A DNA stretch of 53,183 bases, filler included, from Basidioascus undulatus (Eukaryota), in assembly GCA_000826855.1 (NCBI GenBank). It is 3 parts of 3 records of this genome, joined end to end, with 100 filler letters (N's around TTAATTAATTAA, not from the genome) between each part and the next. Parts side by side here need not be neighbours in the genome. Positions count along the whole stretch, not along the records: positions 35,532 to 53,183 come from JTLS01000516.1; 2 more parts are not named here. One strand, given 5' to 3'. The notes beneath the pieces are model-generated. The model did not search any database. It saw only the letters and a list, made by a program, of their open reading frames with translations, and was not told where the DNA came from. Position numbers and translations under genes: made by a program. This document shows, piece after piece, positions 35,598 to 48,800 of the stretch (the stretch's first letter is position 1; the number at the start of each line of letters is the position of its first letter).

Positions 35598-37446
35598 ATG
35601 TTTTCCAAGGCAGCTCACGTATTCGCCAGGACCGCCCGGACTCAAGGGCCGAATGCGGTGCGTCCCTTGATCTGCAGCTGCAAGCGAGCGAAGCGAGAAG
35701 GCGCAGGAGGAAGGAAGGGTTTTGGGGCTGGTGCACGAGGAGGAACGGCGGATTGACAGTCTGGCGGCGGGAGGGGCCTGGTGGAGTACATTGGGAGCGG
35801 GAGATATACTCGGATGGTCTTTTGAAGGGGCAGGGAGCTGACGATCTCTTGAGGCAACCCCTGGGGCAGGTCCGCTTCTCGTCCAGCTCCGCCTCGTCCA
35901 AGGTGCGTCTTCCAGTCGATCGCTCCCGCCTTCCCAGCTCATCACCGCCGCTTTACTCACTGCAACATTCCTTCCAGGCTGCCTCCCCCGTCATGACCCG
36001 GGCCGCGGGCGCGTTCGCGCTCGTCTCGGTCGGCACGACCGCGTGGTACACCCACCTCTATGGCTCGCTGCCCTTCATCGGCGAGATCAGCGCCAACAGC
36101 GGCCTCGACGAGGGTCTGCACCCGCCGCACTTCCCGTGGGCGCACGCAGGCCCGCTCGACACCTTTGACCACGCCGCGTGCGTTCCCCCATCCCTTCCCC
36201 CGATCGTCAAACCAGGCGATTGCTTGACGACTGACACGCTCCCTTTCCTCGATCGCGCAGCATCCGCCGTGGGTACCAGGTCTACCGCGAGGTCTGCGCG
36301 GCGTGCCACTCGCTCGACCGCATCGCGTGGCGCAACCTCGTCGGCGTGTCGCACACCGTTGACGAGGTCAAGGCGATGGCGGAGGAGGTCGAGTACACCG
36401 ACGGCCCCGATGACACCGGCGAGATGTTCCAGCGCCCCGGAAAGCTCGCAGACTATATGCCCGCGCCCTACCCCAACGAGGAGGCCGCCCGCGCCGGCAA
36501 CGCCGGTGCCCTGCCCCCTGACCTCTCGTGCGTGTCCCCTTGCAGCTATTTGGTGATCCGAGTTTGGCGGGGCCCTGACGATCGGAGCGGACGGGTCAAA
36601 GCCTGATCACCAAGGCCCGCCACGGTGGTGCTGTGCGTTTCTCTTGAAGTGATTCTGTGGGTGGGAAGACGCTGATCTTCGGAGTTCTGTATCTAGGACT
36701 ACGTCTTCGCCCTCCTTACCGGCTACGTCGACCCGCCCGCCGGCATCGAAATCCGTGAGGGCCTGAACTTCGTGCGTTCCTTCCAACCCTCTTCACTTGC
36801 GTCTAGCTCCCTCTGATAAGCGCCTCGATCCCTGCAGAACCCATACTTCCCTGTGCGACCTCTTCGCAGTACTTGTTAACCAATCCGCGTCCGTTGCTGA
36901 CATCGACGGGCTTACAGGGTGGTGCGATCGGCATGGCCCGTGTCCTGTTCGACGGCCTCGTCGAGTTCGAGGACGGTACGTTCCCTTTTGCCTCCGTGGG
37001 ATCGACAGGCTCTGAGCGCAGGTGGGACGTCCAGGCACCCCCGCCACCACCTCTCAGATGGCCAAGGACGTCGTCACCTTCCTCTCCTGGGCTGTGCGTC
37101 TCATCTCACCGTCTGCCTCAGTCTTCAGGTAGACGAGGAATGCTAACGTTGCCGGGTGGGTTCCCGTGTGCAGTCCGAGCCCGAGCTCGACGAGCGCAAG
37201 AAGATGGGCTTCCAGGCCGTCATCATCCTCTCCGCGCTGACGGCCATCTCGCTCTACGTCAAGCGGCACAAGTGGTCGGTGATCAAGAACCGCAAACTCA
37301 TGTTCGTCCCTCCCTCCCGTTGTTCCTCCCATCGCATCCCATCCCACGACCCCACTTCTCCCCTCCCAACGTGCCGCGCCTCTTCCTCCTACATGCGCTG
37401 ACGCCCCGAGCTGGACAGCTACAACCCGCCCAAGGGCAACCACTAA
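35598..37446 (+). CDS. CYT1: Cytochrome c1, mitochondrial complex III, multi-exon
   Basis: Bipartite presequence, [18 protein letters not shown] heme motif, [32 protein letters not shown], and a C-terminal TM anchor. Confidence 0.97.
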
Positions 37447-37811
37447 AAGGGCACCGATTGGAGGATGGTTTTGGTTCTGGACTGTGGGGCATGGCGCGAG
37501 AGTGTATATGGATCGAGGGCTGGTTTGGAGAGGGCGGGACGAGGGGACGGGACGGGACGCGGGAAAACTCAATACACTCTATACCTAGACATCGGAGTTT
37601 TTGAGCGGTGATTAGTTTGCCGTGTGTTGGACCACGTCCCCGATCTGGCCCGGCATCAATTATCATATGCACATCGATGTTGACAATACCGGTTTGGGTG
37701 GGCGTAACAACCTCGCAGGCATCTTCCGCCATCCTCAGCGATACCCATGAGATGGGCTATCGAGCTTGATTTCAAATTCATGTTGGTCTTTCTGCGAACC
37801 ACTCCGAATTA

Positions 37812-38147
37812 TTACATTTCCGCTTCTATCACGCTCGCTCGCTCGCATGCCAACTCACCTCGCCCCGCCTCCTCCCTCCCCCTCACCAACACCGGTACCG
37901 GGTCCTCGCCCCACGTCCTGACACCAGACTCCGCGCTCCTCCGGTGCTCCGCAGACTCCTCCTTCGCCCGCCGGATAGAGTACCGGATGTACAACGCGAG
38001 CGTGACGGCCATCGTGAACGCCAGGATCGGCGCGCGGGTCGAGCCAGGCTTGAACTTGCCGAAGTCGCGTGGGCGCGGCCGAGGAGGTCGGGGAGGAGGA
38101 GGGGCGGAGCTGCTGGACGGATGGGAGACGTTGGTTGGGGCGGGCAT
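37812..38147 (-). CDS. Small single-TM hypothetical protein
   Basis: MPAPTNVSHP...RAPILAFTMAVTLALYIRYSIRRAKEE; GC-rich coding-like sequence after a pyrimidine-rich leader. Confidence 0.65.
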   Translation of the reverse strand: MPAPTNVSHPSSSSAPPPPRPPRPRPRDFGKFKPGSTRAPILAFTMAVTLALYIRYSIRRAKEESAEHRRSAESGVRTWGEDPVPVLVRGREEAGRGELACERASVIEAEM

Positions 38148-38699
38148 GATGGGAGTGCGGAGGGGTTGTAGGGGGAGAGGCTGAGGGCGAGGAAGATGTC
38201 GGAACTCAGAGCTCAGCGAGATGGTGGGATGCGAAGCGTCAAAGACCGGCACACGCATTGTTTTTGCCATTGAACATAGAAAATGTTACCAGATTCACAT
38301 AACTTGTTATCAACGTTACTATTATAGGCATCAAAGTGATCGTGCAGCAAGCGGTGGGGTCAGCGGAAGCACGCTGAGTTGCTCAAGTGACTGTTGAGTT
38401 CATCGGCCCCGGGGAAGGCCGGGATGATCGTTGGGCGCCCAAAAGAGGCTATAGCACGGGATCGGCGCTGAGCTTGCAAGGGGCCGTGCTTCCACGTATG
38501 CGGGTGAGCCGAAGCCAAAAACAGAGACGCGGCACATTCATTAATTCTTCTGTTGCAGCGTTCTCTACTCCATGCCAGAGCTGAATGCAGAGGGCAAACG
38601 TTTCACCTATGTCCGATCATTTCACCACCCATGCTGCATTCGTCTAAGGAAGCGCCGCACTGGCATTTTCAAGCGTGTCGCCTCCGCGGCACGGCAGGA

Positions 38700-39990
38700 T
38701 CCTTCCCCCCACCCATCTGCCCAAGCGTCCGCGACCTGATTTGTTGTGTTCTGTGTCGATGGAGGTTTGTCGGATTGTCAATCTGCTGGTAAATATAAAA
38801 GCTGAGGAAGATCCCAAACAGTTGGCAATCCTGCTCAAAGCACAGTGCCACAGACCTCGCAGTCAACTTTGGTCAACTCGCTGCGCCCCAAAAATCTTCA
38901 TGACGCATCCCAAGATGTTATACGAGAAAGCCGATAAAGCAAGGTGCATATATCAGCTCAGTCGAAACCCAATTGAAGGAACACCCGTGAGTGCGGCGAA
39001 ATTTCTCACAAGGAAGTTCCGCGGAGGCCTCGGACTACTCGCTGCCTAGCGCTTCACACTCGAACTTGTCTGTCTTTCCCTTCTTCCTCACTCCTCGGGC
39101 ATCATTCTTTTCTATATCGATCGAAACATCGCCGAATACGTCTTCTCACATTAGTACATCACAGGCCGACAATCTCGGATTCTTCATATCCGTCGCCCGT
39201 TTCACGACTTCGCACTTCTCTCGAGGCTGGGCTCGAACCCCGATCCTCATCATGTCCATCGAAATCAGCACCGAGATTGTGCCCCCGAGGGAATTTAGGG
39301 ACCGCAGATCCTTCCATTCTTCATGAGCGGGACGTGCCCGTTCACTTTCTGGACAATTAGGCTTCGGCGTCATGCATGCCCCTTCGAAGGAGATCGACAC
39401 CGTTCTCCAAGGCCCCTTCACCGATTCAATCTGCTGATGTCGATGTCCTTTCCTTCTTCTGTCCCCATCCATTCCACGACCCCACCAATGATCTCGACAA
39501 GAAGCGCAGCGTCTGGGCTTCGCATTTCGCTCAACACCACCCTGCTGTGTCTTACACTCTGGCCCCACCGCGTGCAGCTTCCGCACGAAGGCGCGGCGTA
39601 CGTCGACAAAATCACAGTCCGTGTCACCCTCGTTCAGTGCTCCCCGCTTCCCCTCCACAGCCTCGCTCTCGTTCCCCTCCAGCTCGAATCAGCTAAATGC
39701 TGAATCGCACATCTCTATGCTGAATGGCATGTCACCCCCGAGAATCTTTTCGCGTCTGCCCTCAAAGACGTCTATCTCGCTGCTCGAACGGCATGGTGCA
39801 AGGTCTATGGCGCGTCGACCCCTCGGAAGTGCCGCAATTGCATGACCGCGGCGTACTGTTCTTCCGAACACCAAAAGAAGGGGAGTCTTCTGCGCAACAT
39901 ATGGATGATGTTATGAGGAAACCGACGCTCGCACTGCAGTTCTGCAAGGCCTTTCCCATGTAAAGTTGCTGGGCGGGCATCTGCACTTGA
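38700..39990 (-). mobile_element. Possible decayed CxC5/CxC6-type KDZ transposase relic
   Basis: Stop-interrupted fragments QCERRFPHNIIH...VMQLRH..VD, MDG...GH and KFRRTH...LIYAPC loosely follow the CxC5/CxC6-KDZ motif order. Recognition is by eye only. Confidence 0.3.
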
Positions 39991-40315
39991 ATCCAACGCA
40001 TGCATTGCTTGGCATTGCTTGCAATTCCTTGACGCGTTTGAGCTCTAACTAACAGGAAGGTTCCTTGCTTGCTTCTGCGTCTGCAGAAAGTATCTCTACC
40101 TGTTCAGCGATGAAAGTACCTAACGTCGACATGTTTACTGTAACTGTGGGCTCGACATTTCTCGCAGTTTTCTCACTCTGATCCGGCTACAGCCGCTAGA
40201 ACGCGCAGCGGTTTACCTCAAAAGAACAGATATACCGCCCCACTAGAAGAATTAATACTGGTAATCAAGTAAGATAGTTGTAACAAAATATATGAGAACG
40301 CGTCCGTTCTCTCGA

Positions 40316-41182
40316 TTAGGCCAGATTAGGCGACGCAGCCTCCGCGGCGCGGCGGTTCTCCACCCTTGCCAGGCGCTCGTCCTCCTTGTATTTCTATGGC
40401 AGAGAAATATAGAGGTCAGCTCTCCCTGAAGAGGTCTTTGAAGCGTGTAGGCTCACGTCTTGTAGAAGTTTGTACTCTTTTTGCTCGGTCTGCCGCAGTT
40501 GTCGGGTCGTCAGTAGCATGCTCAACGCTGAAAGGGGCGGGGGAGGGATGGTACCAGATCTATAACCGGGAAACACTTATAGTTAGCCGTGATCCAAGTG
40601 GAAAGTATGAGGCCAGGCTCACGTTCGGTCTTCCTCGCGAGGAGGTCCTCCTGCTCCCTCAACACCCGTTCCCGTATCTGCCCGCGCCATCTCGCATAAT
40701 CAGAACACCCTCATAGCCGCGAAACCAGATCACAACACACCTCAACTTCCCGCTCAATCTTTTCCCTCTCCACCCTCGCGCGGTCGAACGCGGCTTGCGC
40801 GACGGCGTGCTTGATCGCGAGCTTCACGTCGTCCTCCAGCACGTCGTCGTAGTGCTCCATGGCGGCGACTTCCGCGCGCTCGGAGCGCCGCAAGGTCTTC
40901 TCGGCGGCTTCGATCGATTTAAAAGCGTGCTTGACGGCTTGGTGGACGAGAGCGGGGGGTTCGGTCTTCAGATGCGGGGGTGCGCGTCTTATCGCGGGGA
41001 CGGCCGAGACTCACCTTGTTCGTCGGCCTTCTCCTCCTTCTGCAGTTGCTTCTCTTGTTTTTTAAGGTCCTTCTCTGAACAAGAAGGCGAGCGAATTTGA
41101 GCGTGCGTAGCCAAGCTGCTGAAAATGGGCAGAACGGACTTGTCATAGGCTCGGCACTTGGAGATGCGGAGCCTGACGACAT
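40316..41182 (-). CDS. Lys/Glu-rich coiled-coil protein, multi-exon with a 5-nt microexon
   Basis: MSSGSASP|KKDLKKQEKQLQKEEKADEQ|AVKHAFKSIE...EREVE|IRERVLREQEDLLARKTE|HL|TEQKEYKLLQD|KYKEDERLARVENRRAAEAASPNLA*. Confidence 0.7.
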
Positions 41183-41534
41183 CGGAGATCGCGGAGTGTC
41201 CAACTGAGCAAGTGGGGTTTGGTGTTTTCACCGAAAGATTGCAGAGAGCAGATGTAGTTCCAGCAACCGAGGAGGACGATGATGGGAGGTCGCCAAACGC
41301 CAGCCTACGCCAGGGAGCACAACCAGGGAACGCCGGGCACGCGACTGAAACGCGGCGCGGCTCCAAACACGTGGTGGCAGCGCTTTCTGAAAAATGCCAA
41401 ACTTCACTCGCCCGAACCACTGTTTTGATGTGCTCTCCCAATGCAGGCGGATATATATTGCCGTCGTTTGCATCGAACGTCCATGGCTAGAGTAACAAAT
41501 CAATAAGGGGCAGCTGATTCTCTCCGCCTCCTCC

Positions 41535-44500
41535 TCACTTGACGGACACCCTGTCCCACCGCCGAGCGTCAGCACAATCTCCTCCAATCCGCCACGACGA
41601 CAGACAACTCACCTCTTAACCATATCCTCCAAGCTAACTGGCCTGAACCCGCCGTCCTTCTCCTGCGCCCACACCGCGTCGTCGTCGACATACACCGTAA
41701 TCCCGCCCTTGCCATCCACGTTCGCCGACACGCGGAACAGCGGCATGCCCGTGCGCTCGTCCGAGCGGCCGGTACTGACAAACATCAAGTTGTTCTGCGC
41801 CGCGTATTCCTCCGCAATTGCACGGAACGTGATCTCCGCGGGCGCAGGGCGAGCGCCGATGGGTGCGCCCGGGCGCCGCTTCTTTTTGTCCTTGTCCTTG
41901 TCGGACGCGAGCGGAACGGAGAGGTCCGGCTTGCGGAGCTTGCGCGGCGCGTCGGAACCCAGCGCCATCGCTTGGTTCATCAGGTCCAGCCCGCGCTTGA
42001 ACCCGTCTGAGACGCCCGAGAGGTCGAGCACGTCCTCGGGGAAGTACGACTTCCAGAACGAGTACCTGTTCGCCCAACCCCCAAACCTCGTCAGCGTTCT
42101 CTCCAATCCTCAGCTCACACAACAAGGAACAAGAGCAACGCACCATTGCGCGACCTCGTCGAAGTCGGGTTTGGGCTGGACGAGCCAGATGAAGAGGATC
42201 TCGAGCCACTTGGGGAAGAACTCGGCCTCGAGCAGCTGCGAGAAGATGGAGCGCCGGAGGAGCTGCCGCCAGGGGAGGACCGTGTCGAGTGGGTCGAGGT
42301 CCTGCTGACGCGGGTTGACGGCGAACGTCTCGCGCAGGTACGCGCCGAGCTTGGGGACGGTGTACTTGAGCATGAGCGAGTCCCAGTCCGACTTGGACAT
42401 CACCTGCAAGCAAAACAATCACGACGAATCAGCATATCAGCTCGAGCGAAACAGGAGTGAGGCGGAAGGAGTCAACGCACATCTCGCCAGACCGTCAAGT
42501 CCTGCGGGATGCCATCGCGGACGTTCCAGCTCTTGAGCCACGCGCGGAGGCGGCGCTGCGCCTCGCCGAGGACGTCCTCTATCCTGTCGCCGAGGAACGG
42601 CAACCAGGGGAACACGATGGTGTGGAGCGGCGGGCCGCGCGGCGACCAGTCGCCGATCGCCTTGTGCACCTTGGGGAGGATGAGCTGGTCGAGGACGTTG
42701 TCCGAGATGAAACGCGGGAGGAGCGGCGCCCAGTGCTCGAGGAGGGAGACGGCGGGGGAGGGCCGGTCGGGGGTCCAGTCGTTGCTGAGAAGGGGAAAGA
42801 AGGGAATGAGTCCGTTGTTCGGGCGTGGAAGCAGCAGGGAATACGCACTTGATCGCTGACCGGATCTTCGGCAGCCACACGTTCCACAACAGGCTCTCGT
42901 AAGGCGTCATGACTGTCGCACTATAATCACCGACCGTACGCGTCAGCCGCTGTGCCACGCCTCGATGAGCAGACGCCACACTCACCTTAGCGGCGACCTC
43001 CTCGGCGGACTAAACCCGCCATCCTCTCCCAACAGCCTGACCTCATTCTCCTTCTCCCTCTCCTCCATCTCCCCCGTCCTCAGCGCCCTCCTCCACTTCT
43101 TCAGCTCCGCCGTCCAGACCGCTTCGTCCGCGAGGGGCCGCCAATCCGCAAGCAAGCGGCGCACGGCGGGCGTGATCGCTGCGACGACGACCTCATCGAG
43201 CCTGTATTCCCTGTACTCGTCCGCGAACGTCGCGAGCAGGCGCGCTATCGGGTCGGAGAAGAGGTCGAGCAGGGGCGAGGAGAGCGCTGCCACTTCGGAC
43301 GCGCGCGAGGAGAGCTCGGAGGTCAGGATTTGAATCTGTTTGAGACGCTCGATCTCTGTTGGAGGGAAGTGTGTTATTAGTTTATGGTCTTCAGAAGCTG
43401 GAATGTCAGGGGACGTACTGATCGTCTCCGCGTCGACGGCTTTCACGAGCTTCTTGTCCTCCGCCAAGAGCCACTTCCGCCGCTCTTGCACTGCGCGGCC
43501 CTCGCGCGCGAGGCCCTCCAGCTCGCCCCGCGCGACGTCGACGATCAGCCGCAAATTGTGCCGCAGCTCGGGGATGCGTGTCGTCTCCGCCGTGGGCGCC
43601 CACGTCGAGAGATGCGAAGCAAGGGAGGAAGTAACTTCGCGGGGCTGGCAAAACGGTCAATTGAATGTCAGAATACTAAATGTCAGAATACCTGCGCACA
43701 GCGAAAAGGCGGAAGGTGAAGAGAGATGGAGATGAAAGCGCACCGTTGCGCCAGTAGCGTCGATGATCGGCCCCACGCCGGGTGCGACCTGCGGCGCCGC
43801 GCCAGACTCGGCCATGATCTCCTCGTACGACTTGTGCTCGATTTTGGTCTTGCGCTTCGGGGCCTTGCGCCACGCGTCGCTGCGGTCGACGGGCTCGACG
43901 CCGGGGGCAGTAAAGTCGAGCTTCGCCTTGCCCTTGCCCTTGCGCCCACGCCGGCCCGTCTCTTCCTCCTCGTCCGAGGAAACCACCTCGCCGCGTCTGC
44001 CCACCTCCCCTCCCCAGGCATCAGTACCCACCACCCCGCACCAAAAAGAATGGAGAAACGCACCGCCGAGCCTCCGCCGTGTGCTGCCTCGTCTTCTCCT
44101 TGAATCCCCCAGCCCCGATACCCATCCCCTGCGGGCGGAGCTTCGCCTCGACGGGCGTGACGATGCCCTTCCCGCCCTGGCCGAGCCCGGACCCCGCCGT
44201 CCACCCCATCTTGGCCATCATCCGCGCGCCGAACGAGCCCTGCAGACTAGCAAAGTGCCGCTGCTCCTCCGCGGAAAGCTGCACGGGCTTGGGCGTCGAT
44301 GCGCCGGAGGACGGCGCAGAGCCGCCCGAGGTGCCCAGGAACGATTTCTGCGTGGGTTGGCGGGCGGCGGAGGTAGATGTGGACGGCGTGGGGAACGGCG
44401 CTGCGGCTGCTGTTGCTGAGGAACCGATCCCGCCCCGCGAGGAACCGATGCCCCCTCGCGAGGCACCGACCCTACCCCGCGCGCCGATACCCGCTCGAGC

Positions 44501-45201
44501 GTCAGGCGCAGGCGATTCGGGCGCGGGAGAGGGCGAAGCAGAGGTGATCTCGCCGCGGAGGAGCGCGGCAGCTGCCTTGTTCGCAGCGGCAGGGTCGGGC
44601 TTGGCCGGTCCCGCTCCTAGTCCGACGGCGCCTCGAGCTGCAGCGGCAGCGGCGCCCTCATAACCGGCATGCGAGGGCGCCTCGTCTAAGTCGTCCTCGT
44701 ACTCCTCCTCGCGCACGCGGGCGGGCCCGCGCTCATCCTCGCTCGAGGACTCGTCCGAGCTCCCTTCCTCCCCCTCCTCCTCCAGCGCCTGCTCCACCTC
44801 GTTCTCCAAGTCCTCTCCATCCCCGTCCAAATCCTCCTTCTTCGGCGCGCCCTTCCCCGAGACGAACGCGGGAGCCCTGCCCAACCACCCACCGTTAGCA
44901 GCTCCCCTCACAACCACGCCACAGCCACCCCGCCTACGTACTTGGTAACGTCCGCCGTGCGCCCCTTCCCTCCGGGGCCCCTCCTCGGCCGCTCATCATC
45001 ATCCTCCTCCGCAAAGACACCATAGAGCGCGTCCTCCCTCGCGCGCTCGCGGGTGCGCTTGCGCTTGCGGCCGGTGCCGTATGGGTCGCGGAAACGCTCG
45101 GCATCGCCGCGCTCGTCCGCGTCCGAGATGAACTCGTCGCCGTCCGAGTTGTCCTCGGACGAAGAGCCGTCGGAGAGGAACCCTCTGCGCCGCCGGGCCA
45201 T
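41535..45201 (-). CDS. TFIP11: Spliceosome disassembly G-patch protein TFIP11/Ntr1/Spp382
   Basis: REDALYGVF, G-patch FGARMMAKMGWTAGSGLGQGGKGIVTPVE, IIDATG, PELRHNLRLIVD, MTPYESLLWNVWLPKIRSA, EFFPKWL, FKRGLDLMNQA. Confidence 0.95.
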
Positions 45202-45838
45202 GGCTGAGTATAGGGAAGGCTAGAGAGAGGGACTAGGGAGAGCGTGAAGGGGACGATGGGCGTTCAAGGTCAGCCTGGGTCGCGCGCCCTTCGCCAACTT
45301 GGGCGTCGGTGCTGGGCTGCTCTGCGTCATTTTGCCTGGCCTCGCTGCCCAATTCCAAGGGCTTGAGCATATTCATTTAATTTCGTACTAGCGGCTCTGC
45401 ATATTGTGGAAACAAAGGGGGAGAAAACAGTTGTCGACTACGACGGAGAAGGCGGCAGCCAGCTGCGACAGGCATTGCAGCGTCAAATAACTCCTTCAAT
45501 TGCAGCTATGCACAGTAGTGTGCTGCTTCGCAGTCACTTTCAGTTCGACTTCCGACTCGTCTCACGCCACGGCTGACTGTACTCTACAGTTGTGTATATG
45601 TAAAAAGGGAGTTACTCACCCGGACCTTCCGCTTTTGTACAATCACCGCCGAGTACGTCCACATGCACTCGGTTCACTGCGAAGTTCGTACTTGGTGCGG
45701 CTTCTCCGGCCCGGACAACTTCCTGATGGAGATGCCCAGCGGCAACATATGAGGTCCTTCCCGCAGTTTAACACCAGGTTCTGCCCCAACCGTCACACCC
45801 TCCCATCCCAAAGCAACACCCATCTCAGCCCGCCGAAC

Positions 45839-48800
45839 ATGCGCTTCACCGACGGACTCTGGCTGCGCCGTGCAGGCGTCGACCTCCACGGTGCTGTGGA
45901 AGTCGCCGACGTGCAGACTACAAACGGTATCCCCTCCGCCTCCCTTACCCCCACCCAGCCACTCACCACCACCCAACCCGCACAGACTCCCTCACCCTCA
46001 TAGCCTCCACAAAACCAATCCGGCACCGGGGCGACACGCTAGGCGGGCCAACGCTCACTGTCAACCTCTCCTCCCCCACGGCAAACATCATCGGCATAAC
46101 CATCACGCACTTCTCTGGAGCCCTCGTCAAAGGGCCACTGTTTGACCTCTTCCCGGATGGGGCGCCGCCCCGAGAGGCGGACGCCGGCGTGCGCGTCCAG
46201 AAGGGTGCGGACAGCGTCACGCTCGTTTCGGGCAGGCTGGAGGCGCGCGTGGACACGCGGGCGAAGGAGTATAAGATTGAGTTCAGGGATGTAAAGACCG
46301 GAGAGGTAGTTAGTGCGAGCGAAGGGAAGGGACAGGCGGTGGTGGACGTGCCGTTTGAGGTGAGGCCGTCTGGTTTCGCCGAGCTCACGGGGAGGCGTTC
46401 TGACACCGTGGGTCTGTGGCTGCAGCACACCCTTTCGTCCGCCTCAGAATCGTCCGTCCTCTCCACCGACCTCTCCTCCAACCCCGGCGCCGTTCCCAAC
46501 CCGTCCCACGTGCGCTTCATCCGCGAAGAGCTGAATCTCGACGTCGGGGAGAACATCTACGGCCTTGGTGCGTTGCATCGCAACATTCCTACTCACCCTC
46601 TCCGGCCCGCTGACGTCTGCTTTGATTTTCAGGCGAGAGGTTCGGACCATTCATCAAAAACGGGCAGAACCTCTCCACGTGGAACCAGGTCATTCCCCCT
46701 CCCCCTCCTTTCCCCCCCTCTCCTCACACTCACACGGCTGTGGCGCCTGTAGGACGGGGGGACATCCTCGCAGCAGTCATACAAATGCGTCCCCTTCTAC
46801 CTCTCCTCCAGTCCGACTCCGTCTCCCCATCCCTACTCCTTCCAGCTGCATCCCCATTAAACTGACATGCACGGGGCATCCAGAGGGCTTCGGCGTCTTC
46901 GTCCGCGACGCTGGGGAGGTCGAGTTCGAAGTGGGCGCTGAGAAGTGCTCGAAAGTGGGCATTGCGGTCCGCGGGGAACGGCTCGAGTATTACTTTGTTT
47001 ATGGTCCGACGCTTAAGGAGGTGCGTCTCCTCTGCCCCGACTGCACTCGGTTCGGCATGCTGAAGCTGCGAAACCTCGGCTTTCGCTTTGCGGGATATAG
47101 GTCCTCAACCGCTACACTCTCCTGACTGGCCGCCCTGGGCTGCCCCCCCCGTGGACATTTGGGCTCTGGCTGTGTGCGTCTAATCGTCGTTTCTCCTCGA
47201 CAGCCGTGCTGAGCTCAGAACTGGTGTACAGCCACCTCGTTCACCACCAGCTACGACTCCAAGACTGTCTCGTCGTTCCTCTCTGGCATGCAAGGTAGGT
47301 GCCTACGGCGCTTGAACGTCAGCGTAACCATGCTGAAGCCAGCGCAAACGATGCGTAGATCGCTCCATCCCCGTCCGGGTCTTCCACCTCGACTGTTTGT
47401 TCGTCCTATCTTATGATTTCATTGACCATTCATCAGCTGACTACATCGAACGCACAGCTGGATGAAGCGCTATCAATGGTCCGCCTTTCCGCCATTTCCG
47501 CAGTCCCCCTTTCCTTTCAACAATTATGTACGTTTCGCTGACGCCTGCTCCACCCGGCAGGTGCGACTTCACGTTCGACCCCGAAGCCTTCCCGGATCCT
47601 AAGGCGTACCTGCAAGATATCAAGAGCAAGTTCGGTGTGAACATTTGCCTGTGGATCAACCCGTGCGTGATGCGGTCTTGGATCGCTATTTGGGGGGAGA
47701 AATAATGCTGATGCTCTGGCTGTAGGTATATTGGTCAAGGTAAGCGGTGGTGTCGAGCAATGAGGCCAGCCTAGGTGCTAATGGTGTTTCGTATGATGTT
47801 ATCAGCCAGTCCTCTGTTTGCAGAGGGCGTGAAGGAGGGGTATTTTATTAAGGCAAGTATCCGACATGCGCTTGGCACTTTAGCGACGGGCACTAACTGG
47901 GTTCCTCCAGAGGACGAATGGCGATGTCTGGCAGGTGAGGCTCCCAGGAAGCTCAGATTTTCTGGCCTTGCTTGCTGAAAATGTTTCTGGCGCAGTGGGA
48001 CCTCTGGCAGCCCGGCCTAGCAATCGTCGACGTGTTCAGCCCCTCCGCGCGGAAGTGGTACGCCTCGAAGCTACGCAAGCTGCTCGGCTTCGGCGTAGAC
48101 GCCTTCAAAGTGCGCCATCCCCCTCCTCCCCTTCCCATACTCCCCCACTCAGCATTCCTCACCTTCTCTGAGCGCAGACCGACTTCGCCGAGCGCATCCC
48201 GCACAAGGACGTCGTCTTCGCGGACGGGTCCGACCCGTACAAGGCGCACAACTACTACACCCAGGTTTATAACGAGCTGGTTTTTGGGGTGCTGAAGGAA
48301 CGGTTTGGGGAGAAGGAGGCGGTGCTTTTTGCGAGGAGCGCGACGACGGGGGGACAGAGGTGCGTGGCGCTTCGAACGGATTGATTGGATGAAAAGGCGC
48401 TGATGAGAGGTGTAGGTTCCCGGTTCATTGGGGAGGTGAGAGGAGGTATCATTTAGAAGGTATGGCCGCACAACTAACAGAGGGAAACAGGCGACACCGA
48501 GTCCACATTCGCTGCGATGGCCGAGACGCTCCGCGGCGGATTGTCGCTAACCTCCTCTGGCTTCGGGTTCTGGTAAGCTGTATCGGCCTTTCCAACTGGG
48601 CAAAGTGAATTGACAGCCTACTTTCCATAGGTCTCATGACATTGGTGGCTTTGAGGGACACCCTCCCCCCGCCATCTACAAGCGCTGGCAAGTCTGTATA
48701 GCATCTCGTTCAGATCATCTCTGCTCAAAGCGAATGACAACGCAGGTGTGCATTCGGCCTCTTCTCCTCGCACTCGCGGCTGCACGGCTCCGCTTCATAC

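Noticed and set aside
43664..43692. 15-bp duplication (aatgtcagaatact) in a TFIP11 intron
   Set aside because: Simple slippage duplication with no evident function.
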